Below, in pieces: positions 18,699 through 26,400 of a stretch of DNA of 64,000 nt (its first letter is position 1; each line of letters starts with the position of its first letter). The stretch is taken from contig CAVSIP010000003.1 of NCBI GenBank assembly GCA_963728075.1, positions 617,463 to 681,462 on the forward strand, given 5' to 3'. Position numbers and translations under genes: made by a program. Under the pieces are notes generated by a model. That model searched no databases. It saw only the letters and a list, made by a program, of their open reading frames with translations, and was not told the DNA's origin. The DNA is from an uncultured Actinomycetota bacterium (lineage in GTDB: Bacteria > Actinomycetota > Actinomycetes > JAFAQI01 > DASSKL01).

Positions 18699-18718
18699 AA
18701 CTGTACAATCGTCCAGTT
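18699..18718. promoter_or_regulatory. Palindromic operator copy 4 (AACTGTACAATCGTCCAGTT)
   Basis: Reverse strand: TGGACG, 18 nt, TACACT toward the ACAD gene. Forward strand contains TACAAT. Confidence 0.75.
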
Positions 18719-18784
18719 CTCTGCAAGGCCGCCGCTTTGGCCAAGGTGCTGCCCGTTGCGTCAGACGCACGTGCCTTCGCAGGT

Positions 18785-18880
18785 ATGGCCGGGCCGTACG
18801 AGGCCGAGGCCGAGCCGGCGGTGCGGGTGTGGTTGGACGGCCTGTCGGATCGTGCCTTCGGTCGGGCGGGTTGCCCATGA
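18785..18880 (+). pseudogene. Truncated RelE/ParE (Gp49/HigB-like) toxin remnant
   Basis: MAGPYEAEAEPAVRVWLDGLSDRAFGRAGCP* resembles the N-terminus of actinobacterial RelE-like toxins. It lies directly upstream of an XRE antitoxin remnant. Confidence 0.55.
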
Positions 18881-18906
18881 CACCCACGAACGCGTGGCCA
18901 CCTGAG

Positions 18907-19200
18907 ATGAGCACTGAGCACGACTCCTACCGGGAGATCGCAGAGTTGGGCGGAACAGCGCCGGATACCGCGAAGGCTACGAGGAGGCACGCCGTGCCTT
19001 CCTGATCGGACGGGCGGTACGCGAACGGCGCCTCGAGCTCGGACGCTCCCAGACCGAGGTTGCCGCTCCCGCTGGCATGACCAGCCCGCCCTGTCCCGGC
19101 TCGAGGCGGGTGGCGCGGTGCCCACGATCCCGGTGCTGGAGCGGCTTGCCACCGCGCTCAGTGCGGACCTTGTAGTGGCCCTGACGACACCACGCAGCCT
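18907..19200 (+). pseudogene. Frameshifted XRE-family HTH (HigA-like antitoxin)
   Basis: Pieces in different frames join to YREGYEEARRAFLIGRAVRERRLELGRSQTEVAAPAGMT/QPALSRLEAGGAVPTIPVLERLATAL. One base is missing at ATGACC^AGCCC (~19082) and there is another shift near the 5' end. Confidence 0.8.
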
Positions 19201-19233
19201 GACCGGCTCGCCGGTGCCCCGCCGCACGGGTGC

Positions 19234-19256
19234 TCGGTGTGGCCTGGCCACACCGA
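19234..19256. repeat. Perfect inverted repeat TCGGTGTGGCC-T-GGCCACACCGA
   Basis: 11-bp arms and 1-nt spacer, read directly. Confidence 0.7.
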
Positions 19257-19343
19257 AGGTCCGCGAAGGCGTGCGAACTCCCCCGAAACTGGGTGACCGG
19301 GAGAGTAGTCTGAGCGTTGTCGCAGGTCAGGGCCGGGTTTCCG

Positions 19344-19371
19344 GTGGCTTCGATTCCCGCCAACCCCACCA
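19344..19371 (+). other. Degenerate tmRNA/tRNA 3'-end fragment (att-like remnant)
   Basis: GTGGC-TTCGATT-CCCGC-CAACCCC-A-CCA: T-arm, acceptor 3' strand and CCA, with no matching 5' half upstream. Confidence 0.6.
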
Positions 19372-19381
19372 AAACTATGCA

Positions 19382-19406
19382 GATCGTACTCTCATGGAGT
19401 ACGGTC
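19382..19406. promoter_or_regulatory. Inverted repeat upstream of abiEi-like gene (GATCGTACTC-N5-GAGTACGGTC)
   Basis: 10-bp arms with 1 mismatch, ending 6 nt before the ATG. Confidence 0.55.
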
Positions 19407-19412
19407 CGTGTA

Positions 19413-20075
19413 ATGGCTGACGATCGTGGTGTGGCCCGGGCCACACGGGTGGCGGGGGTGCCGCCGGAGTTGGCGCGGGTGCCGTTCGGGGTGGTGCGCC
19501 CGGTGGACGCCCGAGGCGTGTACGCGCACCCGCGTCCGCAGTTCGCCCGGCTGGCCGCGCGTGGCTTGCTGCACGTGCTGGCGCCCGGCTACTTCGCGCT
19601 GGTGCCGCCTGCGCAGGTGGGCAGGGGGTTCCGGCCGAGTGTGGAGGCGGCCGGGTTCGGGATCGCGGCGGCGGCGTTCGGTGCGGACCGGGTGCTGCTG
19701 ATGGGGGTGTCGGCGGCCCGGATGCACGGGGCGTTGCCGCGCGCGCTGCCCGTGGCGGTGGTCGCCGTGCCGGTGCAGCGGCGGGTGCTGCGGCTGGCGG
19801 ACCGGGACGGCGAAGTGCGGTTCGTGCGCCGGGACACGGGCCGGCTCGAGGCCGAGCGGATGTCCACGGACCTCGGGTGGGCGCTGGTGGGCACGGTGGA
19901 GCAGACGGTGCTGGACCTGGCGCACCGCCCCCAGCTGGGTGGCGTGCCGGGGCAGGCGCGGGAGGCGGCGATCGCGCTGCTGGCCCGTTGCGACCGGAGG
20001 GGGTTGGAGGAGCTGGCCGCGGGGCAGCGGCTGCGTGCCGCGCTGGACCGTGCCCATGAGTGGGCGGGCGGGTAG
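19413..20075 (+). CDS. Type IV TA AbiEi-family antitoxin
   Basis: N-terminal wHTH-like VYAHPRPQFARLAARGLLHVLAPGYFALVP, SAARMHGALP, VGTVEQTVLDL. Confidence 0.75.
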   Translation: MADDRGVARATRVAGVPPELARVPFGVVRPVDARGVYAHPRPQFARLAARGLLHVLAPGYFALVPPAQVGRGFRPSVEAAGFGIAAAAFGADRVLLMGVSAARMHGALPRALPVAVVAVPVQRRVLRLADRDGEVRFVRRDTGRLEAERMSTDLGWALVGTVEQTVLDLAHRPQLGGVPGQAREAAIALLARCDRRGLEELAAGQRLRAALDRAHEWAGG

Positions 20076-20135
20076 ATGCTGGACCCGGGACAAGCCGCGG
20101 CGGTGGCCGAAACGTCTCATCTGGCAGGGATTTGA
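20076..20135 (+). pseudogene. 5' stub of AbiEii-type nucleotidyltransferase toxin
   Basis: ATG abuts the antitoxin stop. MLDPGQAAAVAE resembles the start of cognate actinobacterial toxins as recalled, then the frame stops after 19 aa. Confidence 0.5.
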
Positions 20136-20280
20136 CATCAGCGACCGTGGCCGCATTTCGACCGTCGTCCGCGACGCGTTGAGGAGCAGCCGCCGGCCTT
20201 CCTCTGCAATGTCCGGCGCTCCCCGCGCGTACCCGGTTCAATGGTCGTGTCACGACGGTTGAAAGGACGGGGGATCCGGC

Positions 20281-23200
20281 GTGTACGGGCGTGGCCCTCA
20301 CCTCGAGGTCATCGACCGTGCGTTGCACGCGGCCCGCCGCGGGAGCAGCCGCCGGCTGGTCGTCCGCGGTCCGGCCGGGATCGGCAAGACCGCATTGCTC
20401 GCGCACGTGACCTCGACGGCGCCCGGCTTCCGCCGCCTCGCCACGGTCGGTGTCAGCGCCGAGTCCGAGCTACCGTACGCCGGACTCGGCGAGCTGCTGG
20501 CGCCGGTGGTCGACCGGCTGGAGGAGATCCCGTCCGTGCAGGCGGCGGCGCTGCGCGCCGCGCTCGCCCTCGGGCCGCCGACGGGCAGTGACCGGTTCGC
20601 CGTCGCGGCGGCGACGCTGGCGCTGCTGTCGATCGCCACCGGCGAGGGACCCCTGCTGCTCGTGGTCGACGACGTGCAGTGGCTCGACCGCGAGTCTGCA
20701 GAGGTGCTGCAGTTCGCGGTACGCCGGCTGCGGGACGAGCCCGTGTGCGTGCTGTTCGGCCTGCGTGACGGGGAGGATGCGGGGTTCGGCGTGCCCGATG
20801 CCGAGGAGATCGCGCTCGGCCCGCTCGACGACGACGCGGCGCGGCAGGTGCTGCGCGACGTAGCGGGCGGAGCGCTCCCGGCGGAGGTCGAGGCGGGTCT
20901 GGTGCGCGCGGCCGCGGGCAGTCCGCTGGCGCTGATCGAGATGGTGCGCACTCTCGACACCAACCGGCCGTTGCAGCCGCAGGTCGAGGATCTGCTGCGT
21001 CGGCGGATCCTCGCCGTGCCGCCGGCCGTACGCAGCGCGCTGCTCCTCGCCGCGGCCGCCGCCGGCGAGCGCCCCGACCGGGTTGGTCGCGCCTGCGCGC
21101 GGCTCGGGCTGCCGACGGACGCGCTCGCCCGGGCGATCGACACCGGCTTGCTCATCCGCGAGGAAAAGCGACTGGTGTTCCAGCACCCGCTGGTCCGCTC
21201 GGGCGTCTACGAGGTCGCCACACCGGCGGAGCGCCGACGAGTGCACGCGGTGCTGGCCGAGGTGGCCGAGCAGGACCGCGATCACGACGTGGTCGCCTGG
21301 CACCGGTCCGCCGCGGCTGACGGGCCGGACGAGCCGGCCGCCCGCGCGCTGGACACCGCCGCCGGCCGGGCCCGCGACCGCGGCGCGCACGGCTCGGCAG
21401 CGAGCGCGAGCACCCAGGCGGCGGGGTTGACCGAGGACCCCGCCCAGCGGGCGCGTCGGCTGATCGCGGCAGCGGAGTCCGCGTTGCTTGCCGGGCAGTT
21501 CCCCCGCGCCCGCGGCCTGCTCGAGGAAGCTGCCGCGATCGACGCGGCCGACCCGGTTGCGCTCGCGTTGCTGCAGGGCCGGCTGGTCACGTTCGCCGGT
21601 GGGAACTTCGCGGAGACGATGGACCTGCTCGAGCGGCTCGCCGACCGCCGCGCGGCTGTCGCTGACCCGGTCGCCGTGCAGCTCTATCTCGATGCGGCCA
21701 TGCTCGCCTTCATCAGCCGCCAGCTCACCCGGGCCGTCGGGCTGGCCGAGCGGGCCCGTGCCGCGGTGCCCACCGGTGACTCCGGCGCCGCGGTCACGGC
21801 GGAGGCGGTCTTCGAGATCGCCCGCAGCTACATGGGGGAGCAGTCCGACAGCGAGGTGCTCGTCCAGGCCGTCGACGCGCTGCTGACCACTGGCGCCGAC
21901 CCGGGTCGGGCGGTGCAGCTGTTGCATCAGGCGGTCACCGCGCTGTCGTCGGCGCGCAAGCACGACGTCGCGGCCCGGCACGCGAAGCGGTTCATCACCG
22001 CAGCTCGCGAGATCGGTACGGTCGGCGTTCTGCCGCTGGCGCTGTGTCTGCACGCGCACACGTCGTTCTGGAGTGGTGACTGGACCGCTGGCGCGCTGTC
22101 GGCGTCCGAGGCGCTGCAGCTGTCGGAGGCGACCGGCCAGCCGACGACGGTCCTCTACGCACTGGTCTGCCAGGCGCTGTACGCCGGGGCACGGGGGCAG
22201 CGCGCCCAGTGTGAAGACGCCGCAGCGCGTGCGTTGCCGCTGATCGAGGCCACCGGCATCGAGATGCTGCGCACACCGCTCATCTCCTCCCTCGGTCTCG
22301 CCGCGCTCGCCGACGGCGACCTGGACACCGCTCTCTCCCGCCTCGACGAGGCCGCGGCCGCGCAGCAGGCCACCGGGCCGGACGCGCTGGTGCACTGGCG
22401 GGCCGACTACGTCGAGGCGCTGGTGGCGGCCGGCCGGTCGAACGACACCGAGCCGGTGCTCACGTCGCTACGTAACCGTCTCGACGGGCCGGACCCGCGC
22501 TGGGAGCGGATGATGCTCGCCCGGGCCGCGGCGGCGCTTTCCGGTGACGACGCCGACTACGCGGCAGCGGTGACCGCCGCCCAGGCCTTGACCTCGTCCT
22601 ATCCGCTGGCCCGCACGCTGCTTGCCTGGGGGCGGCGGCTGGCCGCGGCCGGCCGGACCCGCGACGCCCGGCCGCGGATGACCGAGGCGGCGACCCTGTT
22701 CGACCGGCTGCAGGCCACCGGCTGGGCGCGACTGACCCGCACCGAGCTGACCGCCCTGGGCGTGCCGGCGCCGGTCGTGGGGGAGCACCCGTTCGCTGCG
22801 CTGCCGGACCAGGTCCAGCAGCTGGCCCGGCTCGTCGCCGCGGGGGCGGACGTCGAGGAGGTCGCCGGCCGGCTGTTCCTCGGTGCGGCCACCGCGCGCC
22901 GGCAGCTGGCCCAGGCGCAGGCCGCGCTGGGTGTGACCACCGTCGACGACCTGTCCGCGGCGCTGCACGCAGCCGACGGCACCGGCTCCCGCGCGACCAC
23001 CGGCCACTCGATCCGGATGCTCGGAGCGTTCTCGGTCACCGGCAACGGGTCGGCGCTGACGCTGCCGGGCGGCCTGCCGGCCCAGGCGGTGAAGTTCGTC
23101 GCCGTGTCCGGCGGTGCGGTCCACCTCGACGAGCTGGTCGAGGCGCTGTGGCCTGAGATCGACCCCGAGGTAGGCCGCCGTCGGCTGCGCAACGTGCTGG

Positions 23201-23673
23201 CCCGCGTCCGCTCCGCCGCGGCGGAGCTGCTCGTCCGTCGCGACGAGGCGGTCCAGCTCGCGGAGGGCACTGACGTGGACGCGACCCGGTTCGCCGCACT
23301 CGCTGCGCAAGCCCTGGCAGCGCACGACGAGGACGACACCGCCCGGCAAGCCGGGGAGGCCGCGGTCGCGGCGTACGGCGGGGAGCTCCTGCCGGCCGAC
23401 CGCTACGCCGAGTGGGCGATCGCCCCGCGGGAGCGGCTGCAGCGGCGTTACGTGCAGGTGCTGGACCTGCTCGCCGACCTGGCCGGCTGCCGCGGTGACC
23501 ACGCGGTCGCCGCCGGCTGGCTGGAGCGGGCGGCCGAGGTGGATCCCTGCGACGACCGGCGGCTGGCCGACACCGCCGCTGCCTGGGAGCGCGCCGGCCG
23601 ACCCGCGCACGCTGCGGTCATGCGGCAGCGGGCCGCCGCGGTGGCCCGGGAGCTTGGGCTGCCCACGCCGTAG
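20281..23673 (+). CDS. Large regulator: AAA ATPase - helical/TPR-like - degenerate LuxR HTH - OmpR-type wHTH - BTAD
   Basis: GPAGIGKT, LLVVDDVQWLD, FQHPLVRS. HTH-like LPDQVQQLARLVAAG. SARP-like IRMLGAFSV...LVEALWPE...RLRNVLARVR...YGGELLP..YAEW...DPCDD. Confidence 0.85.
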   Translation: MYGRGPHLEVIDRALHAARRGSSRRLVVRGPAGIGKTALLAHVTSTAPGFRRLATVGVSAESELPYAGLGELLAPVVDRLEEIPSVQAAALRAALALGPPTGSDRFAVAAATLALLSIATGEGPLLLVVDDVQWLDRESAEVLQFAVRRLRDEPVCVLFGLRDGEDAGFGVPDAEEIALGPLDDDAARQVLRDVAGGALPAEVEAGLVRAAAGSPLALIEMVRTLDTNRPLQPQVEDLLRRRILAVPPAVRSALLLAAAAAGERPDRVGRACARLGLPTDALARAIDTGLLIREEKRLVFQHPLVRSGVYEVATPAERRRVHAVLAEVAEQDRDHDVVAWHRSAAADGPDEPAARALDTAAGRARDRGAHGSAASASTQAAGLTEDPAQRARRLIAAAESALLAGQFPRARGLLEEAAAIDAADPVALALLQGRLVTFAGGNFAETMDLLERLADRRAAVADPVAVQLYLDAAMLAFISRQLTRAVGLAERARAAVPTGDSGAAVTAEAVFEIARSYMGEQSDSEVLVQAVDALLTTGADPGRAVQLLHQAVTALSSARKHDVAARHAKRFITAAREIGTVGVLPLALCLHAHTSFWSGDWTAGALSASEALQLSEATGQPTTVLYALVCQALYAGARGQRAQCEDAAARALPLIEATGIEMLRTPLISSLGLAALADGDLDTALSRLDEAAAAQQATGPDALVHWRADYVEALVAAGRSNDTEPVLTSLRNRLDGPDPRWERMMLARAAAALSGDDADYAAAVTAAQALTSSYPLARTLLAWGRRLAAAGRTRDARPRMTEAATLFDRLQATGWARLTRTELTALGVPAPVVGEHPFAALPDQVQQLARLVAAGADVEEVAGRLFLGAATARRQLAQAQAALGVTTVDDLSAALHAADGTGSRATTGHSIRMLGAFSVTGNGSALTLPGGLPAQAVKFVAVSGGAVHLDELVEALWPEIDPEVGRRRLRNVLARVRSAAAELLVRRDEAVQLAEGTDVDATRFAALAAQALAAHDEDDTARQAGEAAVAAYGGELLPADRYAEWAIAPRERLQRRYVQVLDLLADLAGCRGDHAVAAGWLERAAEVDPCDDRRLADTAAAWERAGRPAHAAVMRQRAAAVARELGLPTP

Positions 23674-23678
23674 CGACT

Positions 23679-23710
23679 GGTACGCCGCTGGTACGCCACC
23701 TTCCTACGGT
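23679..23710 (+). promoter_or_regulatory. SARP-type promoter: GGTACGC-N4-GGTACGC-N8-TACGGT
   Basis: Heptamers at 23679-23685 and 23690-23696 (11-bp period), -10 at 23705-23710, GTG start 7 nt later (leaderless). Confidence 0.7.
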
Positions 23711-23717
23711 CGCCGGT

Positions 23718-23900
23718 GTGTTCGTTTCGTTCGTGCTGCGGCTGGTGCCCGAGGAGCTGGCCACAGGCGAGCTCGTCGGGCAGGTCGAGGACGTGGCCAG
23801 CGGTCGGGTCGGTCTGTTTCGGGGAGGGACCGACCTGACCGCCTTCTGCGCCGCGGTCGTCACCACCCCACCGCAGCTACGAACGGAACGGACCGACTGA
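23718..23900 (+). CDS. Small 60-aa protein of unknown function (SFVLRL...VGQVEDV.SG type)
   Basis: Leaderless start at the expected distance from the -10. Beta-strand-rich pattern recalled from small proteins beside BTAD regulators. Confidence 0.7.
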   Translation: MFVSFVLRLVPEELATGELVGQVEDVASGRVGLFRGGTDLTAFCAAVVTTPPQLRTERTD

Positions 23901-23954
23901 CCCGCGCCATCGCCCGCACGGCGCACCACCGCTTCTCGATCGGGGGTCCCTCTC

Positions 23955-24194
23955 ATGTCCGTTCGCCATCTACGCCGCGGCGGGGCACGCGCGTTGAGTG
24001 CTCTCGTTGCCGAGTGTCTCGGGACGACGCTGATGATCGGCCTGCCCGGCTCGGCCGCCGCGACCGTCGGCCCGTCCTGGGTGCCGCAGGAGTCTGGCAC
24101 CACCGCGACCCTCCACGCTGTGCAGTCCTTGGCCGGCAGTCCCGGTGACGCTCAGATTGCGGGCACCGCTCCCTGGTGCCGGGTCTGGAGGTGA
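23955..24194 (+). pseudogene. Probable truncated secreted protein (signal peptide + start of YCF48/BNR-like blade)
   Basis: Basic/hydrophobic N-terminus ending SAAA, then WVPQESGTTATLHAV, then degenerate sequence. Confidence 0.4.
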
Positions 24195-24412
24195 GCGGGA
24201 TGGTGCAGCGCGGGCTCGACGAGATCGCGGTGGAGATGCGGCACGAGCGGGACCGGAGGATGCGGGCGCTGCGGGCGGAGACGTTCGCGACGGTGCTGCC
24301 GCTGCTCGCGATCGGTGTCGCGGTGCTGCTGCTGGTGGGGTTGGCCGTGACGACTGTGCTGCCCCACGCGCAGGCGCTGCTGACGCACCTGGAGAGCGAG
24401 CTGAACCCTTGA
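24191..24412 (+). CDS. Small membrane protein or gene fragment
   Basis: GTGA overlap with the previous ORF, one long hydrophobic helix, strongly GC3-biased codons. Confidence 0.4.
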   Translation: MSGMVQRGLDEIAVEMRHERDRRMRALRAETFATVLPLLAIGVAVLLLVGLAVTTVLPHAQALLTHLESELNP

Positions 24413-24511
24413 CCGTCTGCGGCGTCTGCTGCAACGACTAGATGAAGGCACTGGAGGCCGATGCTGTGCGGGCCCCACCGGTGTCGGCGGGGCCCGCGTG
24501 GTCGTCGGCGT

Positions 24512-25024
24512 CTACTGCAGGGCGAACGTCCAGGTGCTGGTGCCGTTCTGGGCCAGGTCGACCCGAAGAGTGCCTTGTCGACCCGTGTAGCTACCGGTTC
24601 CACCGGTGACCGCCACGTTGACGAAGTCGTCCTGGGCCTTCTCGATCGCCTGGAACGTGAGCTGCCCCCCCGGCACCGCGGCGGTCCCGACACAGCTGGT
24701 CTCGCCGGCAGGGGCGTTCGGGTCGGGGTTGGCCACGTGGATGATCGTGCAGGTGCCGCGGTCGTAGCCGACGGCCTTGCCGGTGGAGTCGTACAGGGTG
24801 TCGGCGATGATCATCTCGTCGCCGGGTGTCGGCTGGCCGTTGTGGTCGACGTCGACGAAACCGTCGTTGGGCAGCCTGAGGGCGACGCCGTGGAAGGTGA
24901 GCGTGGTGGCCGCGTGCCCGGAACTGGGCAGGGCGGCGACGGTGATGGCGGCGAGGCCGGCGACGGCGGCGGCCAGCGCGGTGGCGCGCCGCAGTGAACG
25001 GGAGGGGGCAGGGCTGGCGGACAT
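24512..25024 (-). CDS. Secreted dirigent/allene-oxide-cyclase-like barrel protein
   Basis: Signal peptide ending GHAA. GDEMII.D.LYD..GKAVG...GTC, GGQLTFQ, AVTGGTGSYTG..G. Confidence 0.75.
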   Translation of the reverse strand: MSASPAPSRSLRRATALAAAVAGLAAITVAALPSSGHAATTLTFHGVALRLPNDGFVDVDHNGQPTPGDEMIIADTLYDSTGKAVGYDRGTCTIIHVANPDPNAPAGETSCVGTAAVPGGQLTFQAIEKAQDDFVNVAVTGGTGSYTGRQGTLRVDLAQNGTSTWTFALQ

Positions 25025-25260
25025 GGACGCGGTCTCCTTCGCGGGCTGGAACGGTGGCACCGGGCAGCGGTGCGGTCGCCGACGTTAGGCGCGGCGGTGC
25101 GTTCGGCGCGTCAGCCCGGATGCTGGTCTTGCGGCCTGCCGCGTCACCCACGGGCGGTGATGGCGTGCACCCAGCGCGCCGGCCGGCTCGACCCGTGGAC
25201 GGAGGAGGGATCGTCCGTAGGGTTGACGCGCGGCGGGGGCTGATCGCCTACCGTTCATGC

Positions 25261-26400
25261 GTGCGCAGCAGGGCGGGGATCGGCCGTGTGGACGTGGCCG
25301 TGCCGGCTGCCATCGCCGTTGCCGCGGCAGTCGAGCTGGCGGTCAACCCCCAGATCGCGCCGCGAGCGGTGGCCGCACCGATGACGGCGCTGATGGCGGC
25401 CGCGCTGCTGTGGTGGCGGCGAGCCCCGGTGCTCACCCTCGTCGTCGTGCTCGCTGCCTCGGTGGTGCAGGGGGCGGCGGGCGTGCCGATCCAGCAGCCG
25501 GTCGTGCCGATGCTCGCCCAGCTCATCGCCACCTACGCGGTGTTCAGCCGGTGCGGGCTGCGCCGGGCGGCGGTCGGTGGCGTGCTGCTGGTCGGCGGGC
25601 TGGCGCTGCAGGTGTTCCCCCGTGCCGGTGGCGTCGGCAACTTCGTGTTCGGCCTCGTCCTGGTCGGCGGGGTATGGCTGGTCGCGCAGATCGTCCGCCG
25701 GAGGACGACGGAGCTCGGCGACCAGCAGCGCCGGGCCGACCATCTCGAGCGGCACCAGGACGTCCGAGCCCGCGAGGTCGCCCGCGAGGAGCGGGTGCGC
25801 ATCGCCCGGGAGCTGCACGACGTGATCGCGCACTCGGTCAGCGTCATGGTGGTGCAGGCCGGGGCGGCCGAGCAGCTGATCCGCCGCGACCCGGGTCGCA
25901 GCCAGGCCGCCATGCAGGCCGTCCAGCACACCGGCCGGGAGGCGCTGGCGGAACTGGCGAACCTGCTCGGCCTGCTGCGGGAGGACAGCGCGGAGATCGG
26001 GATGGCCCCCCAGCCGCGGCTGGCCGACCTGCGCAACCTGGTCCAGCGGACCCGCACGGCCGGGCTGCCGGTGACACTCGAGGTCGCCGGCCCGGTACGG
26101 CCCCTGCCACCCGGCGTCGAGCTATCGCTCTACCGCATCGTCCAGGAAGCACTCACCAACGTCCGCAAGCACGCCGGCAACGCGCAGACCAGCGTGACTA
26201 TCCGGTTCGGCGCGGACAGCGTGCACGCCGAGGTCCGCGACGACGGCTCCGGCCGGTCACCCCTCGGCGGCATCGGCGGGCACGGCCTGGTCGGCATGCG
26301 CGAGCGAGTGACCGTGCACGGCGGAACCCTGCACGCCGGCCCCGGGCCGGACGGCGGCTACTGCGTGCTCGCCACCATCCCGGTGCGCGATGTCGACTGA
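25261..26400 (+). CDS. Membrane sensor histidine kinase (HisKA_3, NarX/DesK-like)
   Basis: ERVRIARELHDVIAHS, QEALTNVRKHA, VRDDG, GHGLVGMRERV. Start inferred from -10 TACCGT (25249-25254). Confidence 0.88.
   Translation: MRSRAGIGRVDVAVPAAIAVAAAVELAVNPQIAPRAVAAPMTALMAAALLWWRRAPVLTLVVVLAASVVQGAAGVPIQQPVVPMLAQLIATYAVFSRCGLRRAAVGGVLLVGGLALQVFPRAGGVGNFVFGLVLVGGVWLVAQIVRRRTTELGDQQRRADHLERHQDVRAREVAREERVRIARELHDVIAHSVSVMVVQAGAAEQLIRRDPGRSQAAMQAVQHTGREALAELANLLGLLREDSAEIGMAPQPRLADLRNLVQRTRTAGLPVTLEVAGPVRPLPPGVELSLYRIVQEALTNVRKHAGNAQTSVTIRFGADSVHAEVRDDGSGRSPLGGIGGHGLVGMRERVTVHGGTLHAGPGPDGGYCVLATIPVRDVD

Noticed and set aside
19280-19371. Complete tRNA (including tRNA-Sec) or tmRNA gene
   Set aside because: No 5' acceptor strand complementary to CAACCCC, no D or anticodon arm, and a mismatch in the T-stem. 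Kept only as a 3' fragment.
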